Assembly: GCF_009834535.1 (NCBI RefSeq)
Contig: NC_045696.1
Location: 38,194,001-38,258,000 of the forward strand
Direction: 5' to 3'
From: Camelus ferus
Lineage: Eukaryota
Length of the DNA stretch: 64,000 bases
In this document: positions 1 through 13,449 of the stretch, piece after piece
Position numbering within the stretch: the stretch's first letter is position 1
How the letters are laid out: every line of letters starts with the position of its first letter
Notes under the pieces: model-generated
Told to the model about the DNA's origin: nothing
What the model saw: only the letters and a program-made list of their open reading frames with translations
Database searches by the model: none
Made by a program: the position numbers and the translations under genes

Positions 1-1749
1 GAGTATAAAATACAATCTTGTTTCATATTTAAGTAACCATGTGTAACCATGTGTATTGATTACAGTGGTTAGTAGCCCCCAAGAATCCATTAATTCAGAT
101 TACTCTGCTTTCTCCTAAAAAGAGTTGATGCATCTCTTAGGGTGTGACTCCAAAAATAATCAATCAGATACTCAAATAATTTATTAGATCAAAATATGGT
201 TTGGATGCAAGATTCTAGTGAGTTCATTTTCTACGAAGATTGTGTGAATTGATTCCCCTCTCTCCCACCAGCCTAGGCAGTTCAGTGACAGATGAAGTAA
301 ACAAGGGAAACAGTAGTCTGACTCTTTAGTTTTATTGAATTTATTAATTTGAATGAATTGAGTTTAAATGCACTAAGTTGTATGTAAATACAGGTGAACA
401 TACCTGAGCAGAAAAAATCTGCTTATTTAAATTCATAGCCTAAAATTAGTTGAACTGCCATAAATATTGTTCACAAACTATAAAACTGAATATTCTTATA
501 GAAAGAGAGTAATTGAAATGTTTTTGAAAAGTTTGAGTGAACTTTACTGAAAATATTAACATTTTTGTTAAATAAGGAAAACTGAATGATTTCCAAAGAA
601 TATTGCTAAAGGAACTTTCACTTAGGTAAAATTCATTTTCAGGGATAAACTGTAGTTGTAAAGGTGTAGGAGATTGTAATCACATGCCTTCTTGTTGACC
701 ATAATTATAAAAACAAACTAGGATGTAATTTTATTATATATTTACAAATTGAAATGTCATTGTGCAATTAGTTATCATGATTAGTATTTAAAATAGAAAT
801 ACAAAATGTCATTGATATGCATTGAACATCTAAATGTTTTTTGCTCTGGGTTTGGGTTAAGACTATATCTAAAAACTTTTTCTTACATAAAAATTATACA
901 CTCTTCTTTAAGGATCTCTTCTTCAAACTAGAAGTGACATGAATAAAACAGTTTTATTTGGATTTTCCTAAGGGGGAAAATATATATCTAATGGCATAAG
1001 ACAGAATGGCTAAATTACATCTTCTATTATTTTTTATATTTTCAAATTTTCCTATAAGGAACTTATATTACTTTTATGTTACAAAATGAAATATTAAGAA
1101 AATATTAGAGTAGAAATTATTTCTTTTCTTCACCAATCATTGCTAGTAGAAATAAACGAAGTACTAAAGACATCATAGATTTCTTGTATTTCTTTCCACC
1201 AATCCTCTTTCCCTATCACAGGCACCATGTATCAATCATCTCTTTCTTCTGTCTTCACGCATACAAGTACTTCTGACTACATACTCCATTTGTCCCAAAT
1301 GGTGAGAGAATAGATTTTATTTCACACTGTATATCAGTCAACCAAACCCCAAAAGTAATAGAAATTTCTTCATTGTGGTCTTGAGTCAACATTTCTTGGG
1401 AGTATAAATATGGTGGAAATCAATAGGTATAGTTAAATAATCAAAATGGGTTAACTTTGTCCACTGTACTTTGTTAGTCATCTAATCAAACTAAACTTGT
1501 ATGGAAGGATTAAATTGTTTATACTGTACAGCATTTTTTTAAATAAAAATTATGCTGTATATATCATATATATATAAATTGGACAACATAATGTGAGATA
1601 CTGTATCTTTAAGGTTCTGATCAACTTGAAATTTCATTAGACTAGCATCTTTAAAAAAAGAAATTATATTACCTCTGATTTTGCCTTATTTTATTGAGTA
1701 TTTTGTTTTAGATTTTAATATTTAGATGATGGAGGAAAAAGGATAAATA

Positions 1750-2410
1750 AGGCAAACTTTATGCCCTCTTGGAATGTATTTTCTAGTAAGGGAGAGTGGC
1801 AAAAGAAAAAAAAAGTAAGTAAGTAAAATGCTATGCTATACAGGAAACAGTAAAGGCACTGAGATAGAGAATAATAGGAAGGGCATGCTATTTTAAATGT
1901 GATGGTTGGAAGGGCCTATCTGGGAGGTTACATGTAAGCCACATTCACAGGGAAGAGAAAGAGCTAATTGTACATAATGGGAAGAAGTTCAGTCTAGGTA
2001 GAGGGAACTGCCTGGTCACTGACCTTGAAGGGAAATAAACTTGCATATTTGAAGACCTAAGTCCAGTGTGACTGGAGCATACTGTGCAAGGAAGAGGATA
2101 GCACAAAGTTAAGATTTGAAAGACTCAGGAACCAGATCCCACAGAGAAGAAAAAGAGCCATGGTAAGGAGTTGTGGTTTCATATTATCCTAGGGAAAATG
2201 GGAAGCAATTGAGATATTCTAACCCATTTTCATTTTAAGAGCATTATGGTTAGTGAGGGAAGTGATGATGGGAAGACGGTGAGACTAGAATTAGGAGTCT
2301 GTTGCAGTTGTCCAACGAAAGGGGTTAGGTGGCCTGGCCAGAGTGCTGGTAGTGAGGTGAGAGAAGAAGATGGATTTGAGGTATATTTTAGAGGTAGGAT
2401 TACAGGACCA
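1750..2410 (-). mobile_element. L2 fragment
   Basis: Purine-rich L2 antisense motifs: ccagtgtgactggagca, gccatggtaaggagtt, ggtagtgaggtgagagaagaagatggatttgaggtatattttagagg. Confidence 0.75.
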
Positions 2411-5400
2411 TTTTGTCCTTATAGAGAAATAAATGTAGATACTCAACATTTATATCATTTTTTCCCGTGGGGCCCCAAAATATTTTCCATTACTCTCCAT
2501 GAAAATGACCTTGATCATTGACAGAAGATAGGAAGGAATGGGGTAAGAAGTCCATTTCCCACTTTACTCATCTCAAGCTGTGATTTAAAATATTTCTTAA
2601 TAGTGCAGTTTTGCTATTTCAAACCATTGTGTATAACATAGTACACTCATATTGGATCAACAAGTGAAATTTGTTAATGGATTTCTGACATGATAACTTT
2701 CCATATATAGTTACTTTTTTGTCAGAGTTGATAATGGCACAAGTGGTTGGGGACATTTTCACAAAGCAATATGGTGATCCAACAGTCTATTAAAATACAG
2801 AGCAATATTTGGAAGTTTGAGTTATGGCACCAATTTTATTCATCTCTTTTATGATCAAATTAATGTTAGTAAAAACAAAAATGTAAATGTAGAAGTAAAA
2901 TAGGTGTGTTTTCAGATATTTTCCATTATTCCCTCTGCATTTTGTTCAAATGAAGAGAAACAAATAAATTTTCAGAAAGCTTGTAAGAAACCCAGAAAAT
3001 GAGATGTTAGGATATCTGATATTCTTGGGAATGAGGGAAGAAACTGTTAGTCTCCACTAAACAACAGTAAATTGCATGTAATTTGAAAAATTTCCCTGAC
3101 TAGTTCATTATTCATTTTTTTGAGTTGCCTTTTAATAATAATATAGAATATAATTATTAAATATATAAAAGCATAAATAGGCCTAACTTAAACAATAGTC
3201 CTATATACTTTATGTATATTTAGAAAATTCATACTCTGGAGATGCCTCATTGAAACATTTCCAAGTATTCCTAAATATATATTCAGACATAGTAAATCTT
3301 ATATTTTACTTCAGTGCTTAGAATGTTCTGGAAAATACTACTTTATAGTTATTCCCTTTCATTAAACATTATGCCTTCTTATGAGATATACAATTTTAAT
3401 TTTCAAAGATAAATATCCTAAAACTGAGTGAAAACAATCATTCTTTAAACAGATACTGTCAGAGACCTACTTCTCGATGGGAGTGTACTTACCATATATA
3501 AGGAATTCAAGTAGAACTTTCCCTCCAAGAATATATGGTCCAGTGAAAGAATTTTTAGTCTCTTTCCAGGTCTAGCAGGAAAATTTTCTGTTTTCTTTAA
3601 ATTACATCCAAAATTAATTTAAAAACTTAAAAAACCCACTTGTTATATGATAATATATTAACAGTATTGATGATCAGCCCTCATAATATAAAATATTTAT
3701 GTATCATTTGAAAATAATATCTATTATTTCATTACAGTTGCTTTCAAAGAAAAGAAAATAAGTCACTCAACAGTTGTATCTTAAGCATCTCCCTTTGACA
3801 TCATGCTAGATTCTGAGGCTGCAACTGATTATCATACAGTCTCTGATCTTTAGAAACTGAGTCTTCTCTGTTGATGTTATGTATCCTTCAGTAATTGATA
3901 TTTACTCTTTGATCACTTGATGGTTTTTATAAGATGAGGAATTTCACAGTAAATAAGATTATGAGGAGTGAAGGAAGAGAGTAAAATAATACTACTTAAC
4001 ATGTGTTTTACTTGTAAAATTGCTTCACAAGAATCTTCTAATGTTAGTTTTATGGATGGGCATATATTCTATTTAATTACATGAAAAATAAACATAAGTA
4101 TGCGTTAAAAACACATTCACGTATAGAAAATCAAAATATTTCACATCTGTAATGATTTTTCATAGAGTGACAGGTGGAAGGAGCTATTGTTTAGAGGATA
4201 TTAGACTGCCTTTTTCTGGTGTGTTTATTTAAAGTATGTTAATTATTAAAAACTGTGATTCATGGTAAAGAAACAAGTTTACAGTTTCAAATTGCAGCAA
4301 GCATACCTTTAAATTGAACTTTGGATCAAGAATTGGGATGAAAGTGTGTATTTTCAGTCCATGTCCTGAAAAGTACTTTCAGCTACTTTCCTAGGACACC
4401 ATTGTATCCTCTAGCCATCAACCTGTTTGAGGACCTGAACCTGGTGGATATAAATGAAAAATTACTGCTCTTCCTATTTCATTTCATAACTTCAAGTGTA
4501 AAAGCTGTACTTACTTTTTGATCAAGATAGCATCTCCTTAGAAATTGAATGTTCAGAAACAGAATTAGTTATGTATTATTTTACTATTGTAATGTTAGGT
4601 GTGTGGCTATCTGAGTTGATAAAAATAAGCACTAATTGTAAATGTATACACAATTTAATTATTTTAACTTAATAGCATAGCGGTAGAATAAGTATGTATT
4701 CTTTCAGGTTGACTGCTGTATTATAATTCATTTGTGCTACATGAGCACTGCAAAGACAAACAGGTTCTTGGATAGTACATAGAGTGTAATGTCTAGAATA
4801 AGGAAAAGCACTTACCCATGAATTAAAAAAATTGATATATGAAAATTTGCCTACCTATGATGATTATAAATTAGGTGTTTTTTAAGCAAGTTCATAAAGA
4901 GAAATATTTTGTATAATAGGAAATAAAAAAAATTACATTAGAATGTATTCCAAATAAGAATTATCTAAAACTAATTGAAATGATTGCCCTCAAATTTGAG
5001 TTGAATTTTCTTAATATCACCTTAATTTTTACTTTTAAAGGCAAAATTGTGTTCCTTATGTTGCTATGATACTTTAATATTGCTAAAAATAATTGAAATT
5101 AAATGTGTAATTAGAGAATTAAACTATGTAGCAGTGAATAAATAAGTTACAAAAATTGATATCTCAGACAACTGACGGTTATTTTAAAATATAATGCAGT
5201 AGCTAAGTAGCTATAAACAGGCCAGAATGAAAGAAAGATAGGGGTAGAAAAACTGAGTTATGGTACTGTTTTAAAAAATGAACTTGTTCTATATATCTAA
5301 CAATACCCTGGGTTAGATCCTTAATCTCTGCAAACAAAAATGTGTCCATTGAAGACAAATCCTGAAAATTTCCTTCTGCTCTCCCTCTGGACTTAAAGTA

Positions 5401-8379
5401 GACTTAGATTATATTTAAGTTGTAAATGCAAGTAAAAATAATTAGTGGTTGCCATTATGTATGACAGAAGAAAACTGAACAAACTAATAGGTCGCATTGC
5501 ACAAAATCGTAAGACTTTTGTCCATTTCTAAAATTAAATGAAATCTATACATTGGTACCTTGTTAACAATTATAATGCTTCAGCAAAAAAAAAGGAATGA
5601 AATAGCCAGGAAAATTTTAGAACCCTTGAACATTTAATGAGGAAAGTCCACTGTTACCTTGGCTATTTTATATACTCAGTTTAATGAGGAAGCAGTCAGA
5701 AAGTGATCCTAATTTTTATCTGAAGAAGAAAAAAAAATTTCAGAAGTGAATATTGTTCATATAGCATATTTGCTTAGCCTGGTTTAAAATATGTAAAAAA
5801 TTAACATGCTTCAATTTTATTGTTATTTTTATGATACTACATTAGACCAAAAAAGGTACTTATAATAACTTACTGTCTTAAACTGTTATAGTATAATAAC
5901 TTTATTTTATAGATTAGAAAACTGTAGTTCACCCAAGTTATTAAAATAACAGTTAGGTAGTTTGTTTGTAAAAATAACATGTGTAAGAACCTTTATGATA
6001 GTCACTAGTTTATGATCAAATATCTGTACGTGTGTGCGCGTGCTTTCTTTTAGATTTTTCAAGAGCTCTTGTTACCTAGCAAAGCAGAATTAATATTTAA
6101 GAATTTGTTTTAAAGGTTAGCATCCTAGAGTTTTAATATGCTTGTTAAAGCTAACTGAAATTTTTCCCCTAAAATTATCAAGCCTTAAAATCAGATAAAA
6201 TTATTAACCTCTTTCTATTATAAAGTTCTCAAATATTTTTATTGTAATATAGCTATAGTTACCTTGCAGTTTTTGTTTGTTCATTTTTATTTTTGTTACT
6301 TAGGTATCAATTCAGTTCCTAACCTATATGGTTTATTCATATATATTTTCCTAAAATTCTTAAATTAGTTCCAAATTAAATATATATTCATCCAATATTA
6401 AATGAAATGTTGATACTTAACTATGTTTTTTCACTGTGCTGGGAACAAGAAATACAAAGGTGGGTCACTTTGTCCTGGGCTTCTTAGAGTTTAAGATTTA
6501 ACTAATGAGACTATTTATATGTCACTGAATAATTAAAACATTCATTTAGCAAAATAACGTGGATTTAGCTGTCCCACAGATAAGTTCACATCTATGTATT
6601 ATTGTTTACAGAGATGAAAAGATAAAAGTACTGTTCTCAAGGATCTATGAATTATTATGTGGAATCACTGTGGAATCAATATATTTATTCAGTATATTGA
6701 TCATGAACATATATTGGCCCTAACTTGGTGTGAGTACTATAAATGAAATAAGATCTGCCCCCTGGCCTGAAGGACAGTGTTGTAAAATTGAAGAGATATA
6801 TTTGACAGTTAAATACTAGCAATATAGCAAAGATGAAATGAAGGTAAATAATTTAAAAATGTACAAACAAATAAGAATCTTGAGTTACACAAGGGAAATG
6901 AAAATGAGTCTCACATTTATCAGGATTCATCATCATGAATATATGTAAATAATAAGAGAATTAAAATGAATGACTCCTCCAGAAACCTGTTTTTAAGTTA
7001 CTTTGAATTGGTTATTCTGCACTTAAAGATTAAAACTTACTCTGCATATAAATAAAAAAAAAAATCCAGTGAACAATAGTTTAGATTAACATAGAGCTTT
7101 TAGGTGGTATGACTTGGCTTTTTCATTAAAAGTTTTATTGTATTCTTTAAGAAGTAGTTTATTTAATGATGTTTGGCTTCTTTAAAAAATATAACACAAA
7201 AACTATAACAACAGAAAAATCTCAATTTTAATGGATTATATGTGGTTTTGTCTACTGATTATTTTACCTTTAGATGACGGTAAAATTGTAAAACCTGTAT
7301 AGGTTACTTTATATGCAATTTAAAGATTAAAAATGTTTCTCTAGTTTCTTGCCATCTCCTGCTATTCTTGTTTTATTGTAATTCTCTCTTCCCTAACTCT
7401 ATTAAATATTTATTTTTAGCAGTGTTTCATAACTTTGAAATTGCTGGTATTCTTTAACATTTATCTTGAGAAATTGGTAAATTACTGTTTGATAGATCCT
7501 GTATTTTATATTTGAGAAATGTGCCTGTACAAGAACATACATATAAAAATTGCTGCCAGAATTTGCTATTTTTAAACAGAGAAAAATCAATAGCAGATTA
7601 TCCATGATTAGCTGTTGACATTTAGATTTGTACACTTAGAATGTCAAAAAGCACTGAAAACCATCAATTTAGTTTCTAAATTACAATACTATTCTTATTT
7701 TCAAATCCAACACTTTATAATTCTCATCCTCCCTCCAATATAGTGTATTTTAAAAATAATTGAAATAATTATTTTTATTGCTGTTTGGATATCAAGATTG
7801 GCTTCAACCTCCAAATTTTCCCACTCATCATTTTTTCCTCTCTAATATTTGCTTCTGAAGACATGCACACATTGAACAATAGGCAATTGGGGAATAAAAT
7901 ACTGATTTACCAATCACTTTAATAGTAATTTATATATCAATGATAAGTTCCCTGTCAAAATGTCAGCCATCGAATTACAACCAATGGAACTTTATTCTGA
8001 AGTCGGGTTTCTTACCTTCCAGTTTAAATAAAAATCATCCCAAATTCATGTAATATCCACATACATATACAATCTTCTAATACTGTCCAGCTTTGAAAAA
8101 CTCCTCAGGTGGAACAAGCTAGGAAAACAGTTGAAAGAGGGTTGAGAATTTGAATAAGAACTTAGGCTAAAAGCAAGGAAATTTCCTTCCCCAGTTCTCA
8201 TTTCTTAGTATTTTAATTAATATTTTTGGAGGAGTTTATAATTTTATGGAAGGATGTCTATTAATCTTTTTCTCTGTTAATTTTTTAGTTTTTTAATGTG
8301 TAGAGAATCTTTGGACATCCTGTTTAACTGTGCTTTCTAGATATGTTATGGTTTCAGGTTAATATATCATGCCTCAGAG

Positions 8380-8615
8380 AATGCTATGAAAACACACATT
8401 TCTTTTGAAGATGTAAAGTGTTCTGGAAAGCAATTAAGCAGAATGTTGAAAAATATTCATCGACTTGGATACATTAATTCCACTTTTATGAATTTAAATT
8501 CTAGGGGAATGCACAGATAAAGACAGGCTAAGATTTATATACAAGGATTTTCATCTCAGTCTTATTTATAATACTGAAGAATTGCATTTAAAGTAAACGC
8601 CCCCAAATAAGAACA
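8380..8615 (+). mobile_element. Ancient L1ME-like ORF2 3' fragment
   Basis: ctggaaagcaatt...attccactttt...atatacaaggattttcatctcagtcttatttataatactgaa. Confidence 0.55.
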
Positions 8616-8619
8616 TCCT

Positions 8620-9360
8620 CAAGAGATTTAACTTCCTTTATTTGGAAATTTTTCTTCGGTGAGGTCTTGTGTATCAAGAGGTGTCCCAAATTCCTCTGTG
8701 TGAGACAGTAGAAAAACTTGTTCTGCTACTGAGAGAGAACATAAGAGAGAAGATGTAGAACAAGGAGAGAAGGCTTTGCAATAGGAGCAGTCTGATGGAA
8801 ATTCTGGGATTAGTTTAGAGTAGTCAGGAAGACAGTTTAAAAATGATGGTAACTGTTGTTCTATGAAGTTATTTGCATGACTGAGATGTTAATCATTTCT
8901 TCCATCTTCACCTCTAAAATTTTGTCAGTCTGTTATACTCCAGAAAAATAAAGAATAGAAAATAGGTTTAAAAATTCTCTGAGGAAAGAAGGCTAGCTAC
9001 ATCACCACCATCCAACAACGACAACAACAACAAAAAAATCTGAAGGTATCAGAGTTCAGTTACTCAGCTAAATAGGGTTCTACCAAAACTTTGCCCATTC
9101 AAAACAGCAGCTGGATAGCTGTTTCCCTTCTCATCTGCTCCTAAAATGAGTTCCTGATCCCTTTAGAGGAGGTAACATCATCCATCTATCTAACATGACA
9201 GCATTCCCATACAAAATTTACAGAGGGCAAAGATTTTAAAAAGAAAAAGAAAAGGAAAGAAAGCCACCTCTGTGTCCGCTATGTGTACTGTTTCTCTTAT
9301 CAGGAAACACATGTCAAATATGTGAGAGAAGCATTTTAGAGATACAAAGGGGAAAGTGGT
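8620..9360. mobile_element. Possible old ERV LTR/internal fragment
   Basis: Composition shift and LTR-like motifs (ttatttgcatgactgag, caggaaacacatg); family not identified. Confidence 0.3.
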
Positions 9361-10744
9361 ACCTTTAACAATATGGGATCTTGATCATATGCTCTAAACA
9401 CACTAACTTCATTTTCGTTCTTGTGAATACATAGAATAGCTTGGTCACCTGTGCTTTTGCTCATGGCAGTAAACTCTGAAGTCAGGGATTTAGCCATAGT
9501 TTTCCCCAGAGTGAAAATGAGAGAATGTCATAGCAAAAGTGAAGAAGCAGGGCTCTGTCTGCCTCCTTTTCTTTTTTCCTGGATGATAAACACTGCCTCA
9601 TTCCCCAACACCTCCATAGCTCCATTTGCTGAGCCTTCCAATACATTTTAGAGTGACAGCCACCAATCTTAGACTCTCCTTGCTGCTTCATTCCTAGGCA
9701 AAAGCCTAATTTACATCATCCCTGATTTAGAGCAACTAGAGGATTAATTTTGATTATATGCTGTCACTGGCAAATGAATCTCTAGCGAGGATATATTTTG
9801 AATGGCAGCATTTTCAGATTTGGAGAAATTATTTTAAAAAATAGTCACTCATCCAAACTGGTTGGGGTCACTAGAGTCAGGAAGTAGATCCCTACATTTT
9901 CTCATAAGGAAAACTTCAGGCTCAGATAATATTTATTGGCTCTGTTTTGGAGATTGGAAAGTATCCCAGCCCAGTTATAATGGTTATAAAAGAGGGCATA
10001 CCATGGCACGCAGACCACTTTATCTTCAGCTAATGAGTGTCATCCATTAATCAAGAATACTTTTGCTTAAGTTATAAAAGTTACTTTTTAAAGAAAATGA
10101 TAGAAGGGGTGAGATCATTGCTTTCACTTTTGACAAATATATAAAGAGGGGAAATTAAGCCCACATAGTACGAAGAGGAAGGAATACAATTAAATGCAGT
10201 CATCTTTCACTTCAGGAAGTTTAGTTCCTATCATAATCTGTGCTTTCAAGCACTGTATGATGCTCCCTTTCCAATAAAATCATACTACAAATACCTAGAT
10301 TAGACGTCTGTGATTTTTGGAAGTCCTCAAAGGAAAAGAGATGTGTTCATTTGCTTGCTCTCCTGTCCTTGAGAACTACTGATAAGTTTTAAACATTATG
10401 AAAACATAAGTTTTAAACAATTAATGTGTATTTCTTCTTAAAACTAAGTATGTGGTAATCCATGGCAGTGTAAGAGCTATCTTCCAATCTCATGGGGAAA
10501 TAGAGGTAGCATCTGCTTCCTGTCGTCTTGAGCTTTTCACCATTCTGATTTGATGAGTGAAATTCTGCATTAAATGTTTATTATATGACGATCACACATA
10601 GGAAATGGAAAATACTTCACATAAATATTGTACGGTAAGCTTGAGTTGTATTTTGTTCAAAAGTTTAAAATAGCTTACTTAATTGTTACTGTAGCTCTTA
10701 TAATCTTTAGCAGTTATTTGGACTCTGACCTAATACTGTCTATT

Positions 10745-10775
10745 ACACACACACACACACACACACACATACACA
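10745..10775. repeat. (AC)n microsatellite
   Basis: Read directly. Confidence 0.95.
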
Positions 10776-11842
10776 GCCTGAAACACTATGATATTTGCTC
10801 TATAAACAAGTTATTTTTTACTACTGTGTAGTGGTTCACATAATTTCAAGTATTTCATTTTAGTGCTGTAGTGAAAAGAACTATAAATTTAAAGTGTGTG
10901 TACATTTTAATTTTTTCTACTATATTTCAGGCCATATCACATTAAGTATTCTAGATATAACTTGCTTGAGGCTGTGCTTTATAGGAAAATCAGTTCTAAT
11001 TTAAGTTCAAAATAATGGATAGCATCTTTGTGCTTAAGGAGGATATTTCTCTGAAAAACTCAAGCATGTTTTGCACTCAGCAGTCTCTCCCATTAACACA
11101 CATAGAGAAATTGATTGTATCTCCAGTTGATGGAGTATTTGACATAGTAGGAAAAATGAAGAAATAGACCAAATGCTTTTCACCTGTGTATTAATTTATT
11201 TCTACCACTTTATCTTTTTTATTCCATTTCTCCAAAGTAGGTAAGCGGCATAATTTACTGCACTTATTTTACTAATGGAATTTATATGGGCGATAAGTTA
11301 CTTGGCAAAGCTGATAAAACAAATAGTAACCACAGAGGAAAAAGAAATCAGGTCATAAGCCTGTTAGATCAGTGTACTTTCTAAATGGAAAGGAGAATTT
11401 CAGGCAACTCTTAGAATATTAAAAATGCAAAGATACTGAATTTAAATATTGTTCCTCTACATTAATGTTTTGAAAACTTTTTGAAGCACTGAAACTTTAT
11501 CACTTATAAATATTGGTAATCTATTTTAAAAGAATAGTGCCTCCTTTTTGCTCCCTCCTCTTCTGAGACAGCCCACACTCTGTCTATGGAGTGTGTACCT
11601 TTTACTCTAATCTGAGCACCCAGCCCCCACACCTCGTGACCTTTCTCTTGCCTTCTGAAACAGCCTACACTCTATGCAGTATGTATGTCTCTACATAAAT
11701 CTACTTTTACTCAACTGTGGCTTGCTCTTTCCTATGGAAAGCCAAGGACCCACACTTGATGGGACATGTCCCAGTGATTCAAAGGAGACCTGGGACACAG
11801 CCCTCCTCACGCCCCACACACGTTTTTCCTTCATCATCTCTC

Positions 11843-11860
11843 TGGTGCCCAACATAGGGT
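11843..11860 (+). promoter_or_regulatory. Retroviral primer-binding site, tRNA-Lys type (decayed)
   Basis: tggtgcccaacatagggt versus the Lys1,2 PBS TGGCGCCCAACGTGGGGC; the differences are transitions, two of them at CpGs. It lies just after the U5 end (...tcatca). Confidence 0.8.
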
Positions 11861-12303
11861 ATTTACATAAAGAAATGGGGCTCAAAGGGCATAACCTCGA
11901 TCAGCCTATTGGGCTTCGGCTCCCCTCTCTTCAGAGGGTAGCAGGGGGTTTCTCCCACACCATGGGATTCAAGTAGCCCTTAGGTGGTGGCTGAAGCTGC
12001 CTGCAGGATCTAGCAGAGACCAGCTCTCTATCCGTGAAGGAGCCCACCAAGCCCAAGGCTTTTCTCTCCTTGATCTTTTCTCATTCTTTCCTCTATCGCT
12101 CTGTCTCTTCGGACTCGAGAAGATCCACCAAGGCAACCACTCTGACATCCAAATTAAGACCATGTGGCAAGTAATTAACAGCCTGACTGGATGTTTAACC
12201 ATGACTTTTAAGTCTTTTTGTCATTATAGACTGTTAAACTGCTGTTACAAAGGAGCTTCATCTTTAAGAAGATTCATCAGAAGTCAGTGGAAACAGTGGG
12301 TTA

Positions 12304-12406
12304 CAAACAGTCCCGTATCAGATGATGGCTATGCAAGGATTCCAGCCCATACCACCCTTGGACTCAAAAACAAAAGGCTATCCTGCCCCTGGGGCCCCTA
12401 GATAGG
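12304..12406 (+). pseudogene. Remnant of ERV env cytoplasmic tail
   Basis: Reads QTVPYQMMAMQGFQPIPP..., then LGPLDR (12389-12406) in a shifted frame. This resembles class I ERV env tails (LQM...YQP, GPLDR) and lies just upstream of the PPT. Confidence 0.55.
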
Positions 12407-13449
12407 TATTCTGAGATTTTTACTCCCTGATAGGCAGGGTCAATGCCCCTACTCAGCCTGGAAGTAGTTTCAGAAGACAGACCTTTGCACCTCTGCAACC
12501 CCATAAGATTATGGGAATAAAATCTCTGAGGGGAAAGGAGACAGGAAGGAAGGAGACAGGGCATAGCCATTCGAGGAATAACACAACAATTAACACCAGG
12601 ATGGCAAAAGATTTAACCCCTGGTAGGCCTTAAGACTCAAGATGGTGGGAGATTTGACTTCTAGTAGACCTTGAGCTTCATTGGACACTCATTGTAATAT
12701 ATTAGCATGGTAAATAACATGCCCACAGATGCCATGACAGTCCCAAGGCTAGCCACGGAAAGTCAAAGGGTGGGAAATGGCTGACTTCCTGGTAATCCCA
12801 GCCCCTTCCTCAGGGTAGTTAGACTGGTCCTTTCACTTATTAGCATATGTAGCTACCAAGCCCATAAAAACTGGCAACATGGTGCCTCGTGTCCACCTTT
12901 TTGCTCCCTTCTCTTTGGAGATGGCCCACACTCTGACTGTGGAGTGTGTACCTACTTTTACTCTAATCTGAGCACCAAACCCCGACACCTCATGGCCTTC
13001 TGAAACAGACTACACTCTATGCAGTGTGTCTCTCTCTAAATAAATCTACCTTTACTCAAAAAATAAAATAAATAAAAGAATAGGGAATTATTTGGCAAAC
13101 ATAAGGAAGAATTCCTTTCCCTGTATCATACAGCTTTTTAAATTAGCATTTAATAGTTATGATCTTGAGTAATAGTCATTTTTACTCTTTATTTTGTTTA
13201 TATGTATTATTTTTAAATTTGTAATGCCCATTTCAGTGTGCTTTTGCCTGTTTATTTTACTAATTTGTCCATATATAGTTAAACTCATTAGGCACTGTAT
13301 AAGCAGTCTTGATTAATGAGTAATAATGACAACTTCAGTATCTAATGAGAGGCCATATAGTTTGAGTCTTCAGTCCCTGCTTCTCCTCCATGTGGGCTAC
13401 TTTTTATTTTCCTGCAGTTTGGATCTAGCAGCTATTGAGTCTTAGTGTC

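Larger units (their letters stand above)
11538..13073 (+). mobile_element. L1-mobilised retrocopy of a short non-autonomous ERV (class I-like) RNA: R-U5-PBS-internal-PPT-U3-R-poly(A)
   Basis: Direct repeat R at 11538-11713 and ~12890-13058. PBS tggtgcccaacatagggt at 11843-11860. Purine tract 12528-12536. AATAAA at 13039-13044, A-tail at 13058-13073. TSD aaaagaatag at 11528-11537 and 13074-13083. Confidence 0.9.

Noticed and set aside
33..55. Short tandem duplications (gtaaccatgt x2; also 10382-10419 and 52201-52227)
   Set aside because: Ordinary slippage duplications; not CRISPR-like and with no spacer structure.
11674..12570. Several 64-100 aa ORFs in the ERV retrocopy
   Set aside because: They cross LTR/PBS boundaries and have no gag or pol motifs, so they are chance ORFs.
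11538..13058. Interpretation as an ordinary two-LTR provirus
   Set aside because: Only R is repeated, there is no 5' U3 or 3' U5, and a poly(A) tail and a 10-11 bp TSD are present.
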